A stretch of 64,000 bases of DNA from Candidatus Shapirobacteria bacterium (GCA_028704885.1 JAQWEN010000001.1:350679-414678); one strand, 5' to 3'. Positions 37,992 to 48,728 are shown, counted from the first letter of the stretch. The notes: generated by a model from the sequence alone, not told the origin. Translations and numbers: made by a program.

Positions 37992-39080
37992 TTAACCTAA
38001 AAAGTATGTTTTATATTTTTTGTTTTTCACCATCAAGCTTACTAAATCTCGGACACTAAAGCTAGAGTCTAGGTTACAAACTAAAAGAGCATCGGAAGTA
38101 TCGATGATGGCTAAATTATTTACCCCAACTAGACCAATTAGTTTTTTTCTTTGGCCGGAAATAAGGCATTTTTGAGAATTAATATTCAGAAATTGGGTGT
38201 CGGGATTAATAATGGCCAAATCATCTTTTCTTTTAATTGAACTGGCAAAAATGGTTTCCCACTCACCTATATCACTCCAATCAAAAGTGGCCGGAACCAT
38301 AGTCATTTTTGATGATTTTTCAGAAATTGCTCTATCTATGGATAATTCAGGTGATTGTTTATATATCTGTTCAATTTTTTTAGGGTAATTTAAATTTTTT
38401 TCCAAATCTTTAAAAATGGCAAAATATTCTGGTTGTAATTTTTCAAATTCAGAAAGAATAGTGGAGACAGAAAAAGTATAAATACCGGAATTCCAGTAAG
38501 AATTTTTATCAATTAATTTTTGCGCTTTTACAGGATCTGGTTTTTCAATAAATTTGGCAACATGATAATAATCATCTATTTTTTTGTCAGGGCAAATATA
38601 ACCATAAGAGGAATCGGGTTTAGTTGGTTTAATGCCAATGGTAACAATGGTGTCAGTTAATTGGGCGACTCTTTTGGCTTTGGTTAGAGTTTGCTTAAAT
38701 CTGGCAATATTTTTAATATAGTGATCGGAAGGAAGAGTACTAATGATGGCATTGGGGTCGATTTGTTTAATTCTGGCAACAGAATAGAGAATAGCCATAG
38801 CAGTGTTTTTCTTTTCCGGTTCGATAATTACGTTTTTAGTTAAATTAAAATCTTTAGCGATTTTAATAATTTTGTCAAAATAATTTTGTCCAGAAACTAT
38901 ATAAATATTTTGAGTATCAACAGTTCGTTGAGATCTTTTGATTGTTTGTTCTAAAATTGATTTTTTATCTAAAAGAGGGAGAAACTGCTTGGGATTGTTT
39001 TTTCTAGATAATGGCCAAAGACGTGGTCCAGTGCCGCCGCAGAGAATAAAAATATAGTGTTTTATTGATGATTCTGCCAT
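37992..39080 (-). CDS. manC: Mannose-1-phosphate guanylyltransferase
   Basis: GG.G.RLWPLSR...PKQF, EP..KNTA, PSDH, FIEKP, WNSG, WSDIG.W. Confidence 0.9.
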   Translation of the reverse strand: MAESSIKHYIFILCGGTGPRLWPLSRKNNPKQFLPLLDKKSILEQTIKRSQRTVDTQNIYIVSGQNYFDKIIKIAKDFNLTKNVIIEPEKKNTAMAILYSVARIKQIDPNAIISTLPSDHYIKNIARFKQTLTKAKRVAQLTDTIVTIGIKPTKPDSSYGYICPDKKIDDYYHVAKFIEKPDPVKAQKLIDKNSYWNSGIYTFSVSTILSEFEKLQPEYFAIFKDLEKNLNYPKKIEQIYKQSPELSIDRAISEKSSKMTMVPATFDWSDIGEWETIFASSIKRKDDLAIINPDTQFLNINSQKCLISGQRKKLIGLVGVNNLAIIDTSDALLVCNLDSSFSVRDLVSLMVKNKKYKTYFLG

Positions 39081-40141
39081 AAGAGATCTATTTCTTTTTT
39101 AAAGTTTAACATAAAGTTTTGGCTGGAAAAGTTTTGAGAATTTTTTCGGCAAATGTCTTTAGAAAAATTTTTGGGATTAAATTTTTTAATAGCTAAAATT
39201 AAACTTTTGACAGTTTGATGGTTGAAAAAAATACCGGTTTTATTATTAATAACTGTTTCAGTTAATCCCCCTTTATTGTAAGCAATAACCGGCTTACCAC
39301 AAGCTTGAGCCTCAATTGGGGTGAGACCAAAATCTTCTAATTGAGGACAGATTAAAGCCTGACAATTTTGATAAAGATTTAAAAGTTTTTTGTCGTCGAT
39401 TTTGCCGATAAATTCGATATTCGAATTTGGTTTAACTATTTTTTTTAGAGTTTTACAATCTCTACCAACTCCGACTATTTTTAGTTTGAAATTAAGTTTT
39501 TGGCAAGCTTTTATAGCAATGTCAATTCTTTTATATTTGACAAGTCGGGAGACGATTAAAAAATATTTTTCTTTTGGTTTAGTTTTTGAAGGAATAAAAA
39601 ATGAAGTGTCTATTCCTGGATAAATTATTTTTGCTTTTCTTTTATAAATATCGGCAATTCTTTTTTGAACGGTTTTTGAATTGCAAAAAAAATAATTTGG
39701 CTTTTGGGCATAAATTTTATCTTTTTGTTTATATTTTGAGATTAAATAAGAAAGGGGCCAAGAGTATTTTTGTTGATAAATGTGGCGATTAACATTATGA
39801 AGATAACAAATAAAAAGGGTTTTTGAGGGGACAGATAGATGATGACCAATGGTTGATGAAGTGGAGATAACTATGTCAAATTTGGAAAAATCAAAATTGC
39901 GAACGGCTGTTGAATAAAGTGGAGTATGGAGAATATTATTTTTTTTAGATGGAGATAATTTATTTAAAAACGACGGAATAATTTTAACTTTTTTTGGAAG
40001 CCAATCGGTTTTTTTGGGATCGTAAATAATCGTAAAAATCGGTGCTTTTGGATAAAGTTTAATTAAATCAAGAAGAACTTTTTCAGCTCCGCCCCATTGA
40101 TTTAACCAGTCGTAAAAAAGGGCGACTTTTGGCTTATTCAT
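39062..40141 (-). CDS. Glycosyltransferase family 4
   Basis: DWL.QWGGAE, KRID, EDFGLTPIEAQACG. Confidence 0.9.
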   Translation of the reverse strand: MNKPKVALFYDWLNQWGGAEKVLLDLIKLYPKAPIFTIIYDPKKTDWLPKKVKIIPSFLNKLSPSKKNNILHTPLYSTAVRNFDFSKFDIVISTSSTIGHHLSVPSKTLFICYLHNVNRHIYQQKYSWPLSYLISKYKQKDKIYAQKPNYFFCNSKTVQKRIADIYKRKAKIIYPGIDTSFFIPSKTKPKEKYFLIVSRLVKYKRIDIAIKACQKLNFKLKIVGVGRDCKTLKKIVKPNSNIEFIGKIDDKKLLNLYQNCQALICPQLEDFGLTPIEAQACGKPVIAYNKGGLTETVINNKTGIFFNHQTVKSLILAIKKFNPKNFSKDICRKNSQNFSSQNFMLNFKKEIDLLWQNHQ

Positions 40142-41244
40142 AATAAATTTTTATAAACAGCCAGAGTTTGTTTGGCGGTTTTTGTCCAGGAATATTTTTT
40201 GACTTGTTGATTACCTAATTTAATCAATTTTTGACGAAGATCAAGATTGTCTTTGAGTTGGTTAATTTTTTGAACTAGATCTGGAGCACTGTTGGGATCA
40301 AAATATAAAACTGAATTGTTGTAAATTTCTGGTAAGCAACTGGCATTAGAGGAAATAACAGGGCAATTTAGAGCCATAGCTTCTAAACCAGTTAAACTGA
40401 AACCTTCCATCAATGACGGGTGAACCAAAGCTATGGCTTTTTTATAAACATTTTTAAATTCTTTGTCGTCTAAATAACCTAAAAATTCAACTTGGTTTTC
40501 GAGACCCATTTCAACAATTTTTACTTTTAATTTTTCACTAAAAAAACTTCTGGCACAAATAATTTTAAGACTAATATCGGGTAAACTTTTTAGAGCTTCG
40601 AGAATAACTTTAATATTTTTATGGGTATATAAATTGCCGGTATAAATAATGTATTTTTGCGGAGTTTTAATAAAATCATCTTGATTATTAATTAAAAAAG
40701 TCGGGTCGACGGCTTCATGAGTGGTGACGATCTGAGATGGATTTAATTTATATTTTTCAATCAAATATTGGCGCCAAAAATTACTCGGAACAATGATTTG
40801 ATTTCTTTTAACAATAATATTAGTTAAAAACAAATAACCTAAATGTTTGATGGCATATAAATATTGGTTTTTAGTAGTAGTATCTTTGCCAGTAAAAAAA
40901 TGTTTGATTAGATCGTGAATAGTAACGACTGATTTTTTAGAATAAAGAATTGGTTTGTTAAAATGAGTGAAATGAACCAGATCGGCTTTCAAACCATAAA
41001 TAAGGAAAGGTAGAAAAAGTTGTTCAGCTAGGGAATAATGTTTAATATTAGTGGTGACATAATTGAAATTGTCACCTAAATTTTTTTTAATCTCTGCCTC
41101 TAAATTTTTATAAATAATTAAAGTAAATTTATATTTTTTAAAATCCGGAAGAGTAATTAAAGCTTTTAATAAATTTTTGGTGTAGCGACCAATTCCGGTG
41201 TGTTTTGGTCCATAAAGACGAGCATCTATTACTATATGTTTCAT
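40138..41244 (-). CDS. Glycosyltransferase family 4
   Basis: IDAR, GIGRY, TIHDL, EGFSL..LEAM. Confidence 0.9.
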   Translation of the reverse strand: MKHIVIDARLYGPKHTGIGRYTKNLLKALITLPDFKKYKFTLIIYKNLEAEIKKNLGDNFNYVTTNIKHYSLAEQLFLPFLIYGLKADLVHFTHFNKPILYSKKSVVTIHDLIKHFFTGKDTTTKNQYLYAIKHLGYLFLTNIIVKRNQIIVPSNFWRQYLIEKYKLNPSQIVTTHEAVDPTFLINNQDDFIKTPQKYIIYTGNLYTHKNIKVILEALKSLPDISLKIICARSFFSEKLKVKIVEMGLENQVEFLGYLDDKEFKNVYKKAIALVHPSLMEGFSLTGLEAMALNCPVISSNASCLPEIYNNSVLYFDPNSAPDLVQKINQLKDNLDLRQKLIKLGNQQVKKYSWTKTAKQTLAVYKNLL

Positions 41245-42152
41245 AAATATTTAGCTTTAAAAACTCTTTGAATTTCTAACATCTTAATACCAGTCATAAC
41301 TAAAAATCTAACTGGAGCTGAATAACTAGAAAATAAATTTTCTTGATAAAAAATTCTCATAGCATCGGTGCTGGCCTTAGCGACTTTAATTTTTGTTTCT
41401 TGGGAAGCCTTGGAAAGATGTTTACTTTTACTAATTAGTCCAGAAGAAACTCCCTGAAAATGGGTTATTTTACAATTTGGATTAAAATATAAATTAAAAT
41501 TATTTTGTTTTAATTTATAACAAAAATCAAGGTCTTCACCATAGAAAAAATATTTTTCGTTCCACCATTTAATCTTGTCACCGACGGCTTTTTTGACCAT
41601 TAAAAAGGCACCGACACAGGCATCAATTTTATGAGGAATGCTTTTGTCTAAATTACCCATGAAATAACCAGAAAATATTTTTGAATTGGGAAATACTTTT
41701 GATAGGCCGCTGAAATGACATAAGGAATTCCAAGGAGTAGGAAAACCACGATGACATTCTGGCTGCATTTTACCGTTTAAGGCAAGGTCTATTTGACAAG
41801 TGGCGGCGTCGACATTTTTGTTTTGATCAAAAAATTCAATCATGTTTTTGAAAGTATTTTTTTGAACAATAGTGTCGGGGTTTAAAAAAAGAACGAATCT
41901 AGTTTTAGGGTTAATTTCTTTTAAGCCTTGATTATTGCCATGAGCAAAACCTTTATTGTTTTTTAGTTCGAGAAACTTAAAATCTGACGATTTAACAGTT
42001 TTGGCTAATTTAATACTGTCATCAGTAGAACAATTATCAACAATAATTACTTCATATTTGTAATTATCAATGTCGCTTTTAGTAATACTTTCAAGACATT
42101 TTTTTAAATAATCAGCAGAATTATAATTAAGAATAATAATTGATAAATCCAT
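41241..42152 (-). CDS. Glycosyltransferase family 2 (rhamnosyltransferase-like)
   Basis: IIVDN.S.D, LNPD, GAFL, YGEDLD. Confidence 0.9.
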   Translation of the reverse strand: MDLSIIILNYNSADYLKKCLESITKSDIDNYKYEVIIVDNCSTDDSIKLAKTVKSSDFKFLELKNNKGFAHGNNQGLKEINPKTRFVLFLNPDTIVQKNTFKNMIEFFDQNKNVDAATCQIDLALNGKMQPECHRGFPTPWNSLCHFSGLSKVFPNSKIFSGYFMGNLDKSIPHKIDACVGAFLMVKKAVGDKIKWWNEKYFFYGEDLDFCYKLKQNNFNLYFNPNCKITHFQGVSSGLISKSKHLSKASQETKIKVAKASTDAMRIFYQENLFSSYSAPVRFLVMTGIKMLEIQRVFKAKYL

Positions 42153-42153
42153 T

Positions 42154-43365
42154 TTATTTTTTGGTAATTTCTTTATAAATTTGATTTAGACCTTTAACAC
42201 TGTTTTGATAGGAATATTTACCACTAATTAATTTATTGGCTTCTTCGCCCATGGTAATTCTTTTTTTATCATTCTTTAAAAGATTAATAGTATTACCAGC
42301 AACATCTTTATAATCACAAATTATTGATTGTTTAAAATTTTCAATTTTAATTCCACCCATTCCTTCGGGAGTGGTAATAATGGGAAGACGACAAGCCATG
42401 GCTTCGAGAAATTTATTACGACTGCCTCCCCCACTACCCATTGGAGCGACTAAAGCCCAACAATATTGATAATAATACATAGGATCGTGTTCTCCGCCAT
42501 CAAAATCAGCTTCTTCAACAATAATATCTTTTGTTCGATAATGAGCGTAATAATCTGGAGCGCTGCGGCCAATAATATAAAATTTACATTCAGGAATTGC
42601 CTTTTTAATAGCCGGCCAAGAATCCTTAATAATCATTTCAACAGATTCACGATTTTGCATCCATTTCATATTGGAAACGCCAAAAAGAATTGAAGGAAAT
42701 TTACTTTTGACGGTTTTTGGTTTGGATTCAAAAAATTTATTATCAACTCCATTTTGAAAAAGTTCGATATCTTTTCGACCAGTGATTTTAGAGATTATTT
42801 TTTGATCTTCCTGGGCAAATGCGACGACAGTGTGAGTATTTTTCCAATAATAAGTTTCCCAATATTTAAGTTTTAAAACATCAAACCAAAGAAATGGGTA
42901 AATTAACTTTTTCCAACTTTTAACTGTTTTTATATAGTGTTCGTAGACGGCAAATTCAATGGTTTGATCAACGAGAACAATAGGAATTTTAGTTTTTGGG
43001 ATATTCGGCATCAAATAAAAACATTCGCAGTGGATTAGGTCATATTTATTATTGTCTAATTCAGTGGCAATGGTTTGTTTTAAATCATTGCTAATATAAT
43101 TGGCAACTAGAAAAGGATAAGTACTAAAACCAGTGTAAAGTATTTTTTTGAGTTCCCAAGTTTTACCACGTTTAACAACAATAACCTTTTTGCAAAATTG
43201 TTTAATTTCTTCTAAACCTTCTTGGTCTCGACTAAAACAAATTAAAGTTATATCGTTTTCGGCGGCTAAATATTTTATGGAATAATAGGAACTATTTTGA
43301 CCACCAGACTGGGCGCGACGAGGAAGGTAGGGAGTGATCATTAAAATTTTGCGTTTTTGAGTCAT
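42154..43365 (-). CDS. Glycosyltransferase family 4
   Basis: TPY.P...SGGQ, NGVD, GGGSRNKFLEAMA. Confidence 0.88.
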   Translation of the reverse strand: MTQKRKILMITPYLPRRAQSGGQNSSYYSIKYLAAENDITLICFSRDQEGLEEIKQFCKKVIVVKRGKTWELKKILYTGFSTYPFLVANYISNDLKQTIATELDNNKYDLIHCECFYLMPNIPKTKIPIVLVDQTIEFAVYEHYIKTVKSWKKLIYPFLWFDVLKLKYWETYYWKNTHTVVAFAQEDQKIISKITGRKDIELFQNGVDNKFFESKPKTVKSKFPSILFGVSNMKWMQNRESVEMIIKDSWPAIKKAIPECKFYIIGRSAPDYYAHYRTKDIIVEEADFDGGEHDPMYYYQYCWALVAPMGSGGGSRNKFLEAMACRLPIITTPEGMGGIKIENFKQSIICDYKDVAGNTINLLKNDKKRITMGEEANKLISGKYSYQNSVKGLNQIYKEITKK

Positions 43366-43383
43366 GTTTTTTTAAATTATAAA

Positions 43384-44784
43384 TTATTTCTTTTCTTTTA
43401 ATATTAAACTTTGATAATAAAGTCCCATCATTATCCAAAATAGATAGGCTGTTTTTGAGGCTTCGAAAACATCAATAAAAATAGCATTGGCCAGAGTGGT
43501 TAAAAGACAACCAAAGAAAATAATAGATATTAGATCGTGAGTGGTTTTTTCTTTTTTGAAAATTAAAGGAATGGTTTTGATAATAAAAAATAAAATAATA
43601 GCCATAAAAGAAACAAAACCTAATAATCCGCTTTCTCCTAAAGATCTTAAATAATCATTATCGGTGGCGAGAGTAATTGATCCAAGGCCGCTGCCGGTAA
43701 TAATATTTTTTTTGTAGGCATTAATGGCTCGAGGCCATTCAACATTAAAACGAATTTCCCCTGATCTGGCCACACCAGCATCAACATCGACAGTAGGATA
43801 AATTTCGGTTGGTTTATTGCGAATAATGGTTGGAGTAGGAGTAGTTGATTTAGAGATTGGTTTTGGAGTGACAACAACAATCATAGGAATAGGAGTTGGA
43901 GTTATTGTGGGAGTAACAGCTACAGTGGTCGTTTTTATTTGATTTTTTAGGGCAGGAATAGTGGCTAATAATCTTTGGTTTAAATCTTTTGAGTTGAAAA
44001 TACTAAGACCAACTAAAACAACAAAAGGAACAATCCAAAGATATTTTCTTAAAACAAAAAGAGTAAAACAAATACCCCCAAGAAAGGCAAAAATTGAAAC
44101 TCTGGAAGCAGTGAGAGTAAGAATTGGGTAGGCAGCAATCCAAACAATTAAACTGATTATTTTGACCCAAACATTCTTATTAAGAATAAAAACTAGGGCA
44201 ATAATAATAAGAGCAACACTTAAAAAAGCAGCTAAATCATAGTGACCAGCAAAAGTGGAATTAATTCGAGTCCAAGTGCTCATTTGGAGTAATTGACCTT
44301 TAGAAAATTCTGAATTCATAGTGGAAATTACGGGAAATTGGAAGTATTTTTGACCATAACCATAAACACTTACTAAAGCGGTGGAAATTAAAAGAAAAAT
44401 ATAACTAATTCTAAAATCCTTAGTCGATTTAATACTATTAATGGCAATAAAGAATAAAGAAATATATTCAAAACGACGCATCAAATGAAGAATTAAAAGA
44501 TTAGTTGGATCACTTTGATAAATTAAAAAAGCATTAACAAAACTAGCAATAATGGCCAAAAAATAGACTAAAAATAGTTTAGTAATTTTTATTTTAAAAA
44601 CCGGAAATTTATAAATTATTTGATAAATAAGCCAAACTAAAACAGAAATGGCGACGACGATATCATCAATACGAATGGAAACATAAGTTCCAGTGACACT
44701 AGTAAAGGGGAATTTAGGATAAAGTGGAATAAAAAAAATAAGAATAGCGATTATTGGTCGAAAAATATTTAAATTTTTGAACAT
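43384..44784 (-). CDS. O-antigen ligase-like membrane protein with Pro/Thr-rich loop
   Basis: Multi-TM, RINSTFAGHYDL, LTASR, GSGLG, DNDYLR.LGE.G. Confidence 0.75.
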   Translation of the reverse strand: MFKNLNIFRPIIAILIFFIPLYPKFPFTSVTGTYVSIRIDDIVVAISVLVWLIYQIIYKFPVFKIKITKLFLVYFLAIIASFVNAFLIYQSDPTNLLILHLMRRFEYISLFFIAINSIKSTKDFRISYIFLLISTALVSVYGYGQKYFQFPVISTMNSEFSKGQLLQMSTWTRINSTFAGHYDLAAFLSVALIIIALVFILNKNVWVKIISLIVWIAAYPILTLTASRVSIFAFLGGICFTLFVLRKYLWIVPFVVLVGLSIFNSKDLNQRLLATIPALKNQIKTTTVAVTPTITPTPIPMIVVVTPKPISKSTTPTPTIIRNKPTEIYPTVDVDAGVARSGEIRFNVEWPRAINAYKKNIITGSGLGSITLATDNDYLRSLGESGLLGFVSFMAIILFFIIKTIPLIFKKEKTTHDLISIIFFGCLLTTLANAIFIDVFEASKTAYLFWIMMGLYYQSLILKEKK

Positions 44785-45722
44785 GTTTGAAGATAAAGAG
44801 AAGCAGTAATCTTATTGCCTCTTAAAGAGTATATAACACTGCGACTAAGAGCATTAAATTTGAGCAGGTGTTTAACAAATTTATATTGTAATTGGTTTTT
44901 GTGTTTTTTGAAAAAAGTTAAAATGCCAAGATATTCATTAAGAATTGGATCTATTTTGTTTTTAGCCGAAGCGCCACCAAGGTGAATAATTTGAGGTCCG
45001 ATTAAATACCAAGTTTGATTTTCGGGATTATTTTTTTTAATACGGTAGGAAAGTTCAACTTCTTCGCCATACATAAAATAATTTTCATCAAAACCATTAG
45101 TTGGTTTTAAGTGAGAATTTCGAATCATCATAAAAGCACCAGTAACCCAATCTTGTTGATGATCTTTTAAATAAAATTTGTCGTGGGTGTAAAAATCAGG
45201 AGTATGAGGGTGAAGCGGTTTAATAATTTTATTAACAAAAGGAAGATCGTCTAGATTTAAACACCAAGAAATAACATTTGTAAGATTTGGGAAAAAACCA
45301 CCTGAGGCTTGGATGCTTTTATCTTTATTTAATATTTGAGCGGTGCATACAGATACTTCAGGATGGGAACAAAGCCAATTAAGGCTTTGACTAATGGCAG
45401 AATGAAGAATCAAGGTGTCGGAATTTAATAATAAAATGTAATTACCTTTGGCAATTTTTAGACCCTGATTATTGGCTTTGCCAAATCCGCCATTAAATTT
45501 ATTTTCAATTAATTTAATTGGTATTTTTTTAAGTTTAGATACAGAATCATCAGAAGAATTATTATCAATAACAATAATTTCAGTTGGGACTAAATTTTTA
45601 TTATCAATTTTATTTAAATCAAAAGTTAAACCTTTATCTTGGAAAATGGACTTTAAGCAATCTATGGTTATTTTACTGGTGTTGTAGGAAATAATAATTA
45701 TCGATAGAACAGGATTAATCAT
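44769..45722 (-). CDS. Glycosyltransferase family 2
   Basis: IDNNSSD, GFGKANN, LLNSD, FDE.YFMYGEE. Confidence 0.9.
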   Translation of the reverse strand: MINPVLSIIIISYNTSKITIDCLKSIFQDKGLTFDLNKIDNKNLVPTEIIVIDNNSSDDSVSKLKKIPIKLIENKFNGGFGKANNQGLKIAKGNYILLLNSDTLILHSAISQSLNWLCSHPEVSVCTAQILNKDKSIQASGGFFPNLTNVISWCLNLDDLPFVNKIIKPLHPHTPDFYTHDKFYLKDHQQDWVTGAFMMIRNSHLKPTNGFDENYFMYGEEVELSYRIKKNNPENQTWYLIGPQIIHLGGASAKNKIDPILNEYLGILTFFKKHKNQLQYKFVKHLLKFNALSRSVIYSLRGNKITASLYLQTCSKI

Positions 45723-46261
45723 TTTTTCTTTTTTAAAAAAGATTTATAAATACAAAAGGCAAAGATAAGTGTGCCTTCGGTGAATAAAAAGGCAGTAATA
45801 CGTTTTGGAATAGAGGTAGGAATGGTTTTTATAGTAATTTTGGCCTTATATTCTTTGTCTTTAAAAATAAGTTTATTTTTAATTCTTTTTTCTGGTAAGG
45901 TAAAAACATCATTTTCCCATTCGAAACCATTGATATATAAAGATTCTTTGAATGGTAAAACATATTCTTCAAAATAGTAGCTTTGGATTGTATCACGAAT
46001 AATTTCTTTGGCTTTTTCGGGTGGATGATTGATGATTATTCGGAAAGAGCCACTATAATAGGCTTTATAAAAATTCATGACTTCAGTTCGAGTCATGTTG
46101 GTATAGTAAGCGGAAACGTTTTTAAGTTGGATGGTGTCGCCTGGTTCATCGGATCTAACACTGTTAACGAGATCCGGAAGAGTTGGAGTAGGACTGACTA
46201 GATAAACAATGGCAAAAATATTAAAAAGACAAAGTAGAGCGATTAATATTTTTTTAATCAT
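45719..46261 (-). CDS. Hypothetical membrane protein
   Basis: Start moved to MIKKIL just after the upstream stop; N- and C-terminal TM; SDEPGDT motif. Confidence 0.6.
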   Translation of the reverse strand: MIKKILIALLCLFNIFAIVYLVSPTPTLPDLVNSVRSDEPGDTIQLKNVSAYYTNMTRTEVMNFYKAYYSGSFRIIINHPPEKAKEIIRDTIQSYYFEEYVLPFKESLYINGFEWENDVFTLPEKRIKNKLIFKDKEYKAKITIKTIPTSIPKRITAFLFTEGTLIFAFCIYKSFLKKKK

Positions 46262-46262
46262 A

Positions 46263-46856
46263 TTATTGAAAGCACATAGGACGACCAAGTTTATAATTTG
46301 GGTTTTTATTTTTTCGATCACTGATTTTTTGAGCTGGAATGCCTCCCCAAATTTCAAATTCTGGAATATTTTTAGTGACAACGGCACCGGCGGCAATAAC
46401 AGCACCTTTGCCAATTTTAACGCCGGGTAAGATTATAGATCGGGGGCCAATAAAAACGTAATCGCCAATTTCAACCGGGCCAAAAGAATTTTCGTAATTA
46501 TCGGAATGAATATTGTGTTCGTCATTGTAAATTAAAACCTGGCTAGCGATACCAACGTGATTGCCGATGGTTAATTTGGCACGGCCATCCATAAAACAAT
46601 GATCACCAATAATAGTATCGTGACCGATTTTGATATTTGAGGGATTAAAAAAATTAGCACCGATATGAATAGTGGAATTAAATGGCATGTCAATTCCCGA
46701 GGCAATATAAAATATTTTTCTGATTGTGTGAATAGGAATAAAGCCGACAAATCGGAGAATCATCAGCCAAAATTCGAGACAAATGGTTTTAAAACGGTTG
46801 ATAATTTTTTGAAAAATTTCTTGGGAATTTAAGTTCTTACCGGTTCTATCTTTCAT
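46263..46856 (-). CDS. Left-handed beta-helix acyltransferase (sugar O-acetyltransferase)
   Basis: Hexapeptide repeats, ILPGVKIGKGAVIAAGAVVTK, WGGIPA. Confidence 0.9.
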   Translation of the reverse strand: MKDRTGKNLNSQEIFQKIINRFKTICLEFWLMILRFVGFIPIHTIRKIFYIASGIDMPFNSTIHIGANFFNPSNIKIGHDTIIGDHCFMDGRAKLTIGNHVGIASQVLIYNDEHNIHSDNYENSFGPVEIGDYVFIGPRSIILPGVKIGKGAVIAAGAVVTKNIPEFEIWGGIPAQKISDRKNKNPNYKLGRPMCFQ

Positions 46857-46874
46857 ACAATTTATTATATATAT

Positions 46875-46904
46875 TAGTGCTCTGGTTCGCTAGTGCTCTG
46901 GTTG
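46875..46904. repeat. Octamer tandem repeat (TAGTGCTC/TGGTTCGC)
   Basis: TAGTGCTC-TGGTTCGC-TAGTGCTC-TGGTTG, intergenic; same family at 52061 and 52307. Confidence 0.6.
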
Positions 46905-46905
46905 A

Positions 46906-48054
46906 TTATTTTTTGAATTTTTCAAAGACGGAGATAACGGATTTGGCAGTATTTTTCCAACTGAAAAAATCAGCTCGAATTTTTGCTGATTTTACTATTT
47001 TTTCAATTTCTGATGGTTTGCTATTTTCAAACTTAATTAATTGATCAACAAGTTCTTTTTGATTGGTGGGATCAAAATAGAAACCATTACTTTGAATAAC
47101 TTCTTTTAATGGAGCAATATTACTGGAAATTACGGGAGTATCTAACTTCATAGCTTCGATAACGGGAATACCAAAACCTTCATAAGTGCTGGGTATAATT
47201 AAAGCTTTGGCATTACTGTAGAGAGTTGTTTTTTGGATATCATCAATAAAATCAGTAAAGACAATATTAGATTCTATCCCCTCTTGTTTGACGGCAGAAA
47301 AAATTTCGTCAAAAAGCCAACCTTTTTTGCCGGCAATAACTAAACCCACTTGTCCTTCGGACATCCTCCCTTGATGAAGGGAGGAAATTTCTTTTTGTTT
47401 TAAATATTGGGCGAAGGATTTAATTAAGAAAGGGATGTTTTTATTGGGCTTAAGAGTGCCAAGATAGAGATAATAGTTTTTTGATACTAAATTAAAAGAT
47501 GAAAGGATTTTTTGCTGATCTTTAGAATTAATTTTTAAAGGTTCGTCGACACCATTAAAAGCAATGGTTATTTTTTTTGGATTTATTTTATAAATTTTTT
47601 CAATTTCAGTTTTGGAAAAATTAGAAACAGTAATTATATGACTAGCCTTTTTGATTGATTGCTTAGTCCAATTAATTAGTTGATAAAGATCTTTTTTGGT
47701 AAATTGGGATTGAAACTGAAGATAGCCAAGATCGTGAATAGTAGGAATAGTAGGACAAGGAGCAAAGGCGGGAGAATAATGACTGGGGGAATAAAAAAGA
47801 TCTAGGGGTGTTTTTTCGGTAAATAAATGAATAGGTAGAGCAAATCTCGTCCAAAGTTTTTGAGGTCCAAAAACTTTATAACGCCAATTTTTATTTTCTT
47901 TGGGAAGATCGGAAAGAGGAGGATTTTTTAGATAGATAATGTATTGATTTTTTTTATCAATTAGATAAAGATTTTTTAAGAGATTAAAAGCATATTGGCC
48001 GACACCAACCCGGGAAGTAATATTGGCTTCATTGCCATCAATTCCGATTAACAT
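46906..48054 (-). CDS. Glycosyltransferase family 4 carrying an in-frame palindrome insertion
   Basis: IGIDG, GVGQY, TIHDL, GTL.P.KN, EGFGIPVIEAM. Confidence 0.9.
   Translation of the reverse strand: MLIGIDGNEANITSRVGVGQYAFNLLKNLYLIDKKNQYIIYLKNPPLSDLPKENKNWRYKVFGPQKLWTRFALPIHLFTEKTPLDLFYSPSHYSPAFAPCPTIPTIHDLGYLQFQSQFTKKDLYQLINWTKQSIKKASHIITVSNFSKTEIEKIYKINPKKITIAFNGVDEPLKINSKDQQKILSSFNLVSKNYYLYLGTLKPNKNIPFLIKSFAQYLKQKEISSLHQGRMSEGQVGLVIAGKKGWLFDEIFSAVKQEGIESNIVFTDFIDDIQKTTLYSNAKALIIPSTYEGFGIPVIEAMKLDTPVISSNIAPLKEVIQSNGFYFDPTNQKELVDQLIKFENSKPSEIEKIVKSAKIRADFFSWKNTAKSVISVFEKFKK
47342..47387 (+). repeat. Double-hairpin palindromic element, copy B (in frame in GT4)
   Basis: AAACCCACT-TGTCC/GGACA-TCCTCCCTT/AAGGGAGGA; encodes SSLHQGRMSEGQVG on the minus strand. 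Confidence 0.75.
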
Positions 48055-48728
48055 GGTTTAATTATAGCTAAAAGTTCTAAATAATATTTCTTTTGTTTAA
48101 AAAATAGAAAGAAAATTTTAATAATTATTCTTTTTAGGAATTTGGGAGCTGTAAATAATTCAAAAAAAATAGATTTTATTGGTAACGGTTCAATTGATAT
48201 TAATTTAATTAATTTACCTCCAGAAATATTAATTAATTTAGTTAATGATCTTTTAGAGTAATTTCTTAGATGGCTTTTATCTTGATAATGAGAGTAAATT
48301 AAGCCTCTTTTTTTTAGTTTAGAACTGGTTTTTTGGGGAACAATTACAATTATTTTTTTGCCTATCCTTAAGGCTTCTTTTAGAGTTGATTGATCGTCTT
48401 TTAAATGTTCTAAAACACTTTTTAAAATAACAGTATCAAATTCTTTTGATTTAAAATTAGTTTTGTTGGCGTCACCAATTTGAAAATTACCTTTTTTATT
48501 TTTTTTGGCATAGTCAATAAAACTAGGGACTGAATCAATACCAAAAGAATCAAAACCTTTTTTGGATAAAATATCAACAAGATGACCTGGTCCGCATCCG
48601 ATATCAATAATTTTTTTACCGGAAATATAAGGAATTATTTCGTTTATTTTATAATCAGGAATTTTTGTATCAGTTCCCCATCCAAATTTATTAGAGTTAT
48701 TTTTATAGTAATCAGCCGGTTTTAACAT
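48048..48728 (-). CDS. Class I SAM-dependent methyltransferase
   Basis: IIDIGCGPG, FD.V....VLEH. Confidence 0.88.
   Translation of the reverse strand: MLKPADYYKNNSNKFGWGTDTKIPDYKINEIIPYISGKKIIDIGCGPGHLVDILSKKGFDSFGIDSVPSFIDYAKKNKKGNFQIGDANKTNFKSKEFDTVILKSVLEHLKDDQSTLKEALRIGKKIIVIVPQKTSSKLKKRGLIYSHYQDKSHLRNYSKRSLTKLINISGGKLIKLISIEPLPIKSIFFELFTAPKFLKRIIIKIFFLFFKQKKYYLELLAIIKPC

Noticed and set aside
46262-46414. N-terminal extension of ORF 45719..46414 (likewise 24324-24389, 55768-55800, 20641-20703)
   Set aside because: Extensions overlap upstream genes; better starts lie next to the upstream stop or a -10 box
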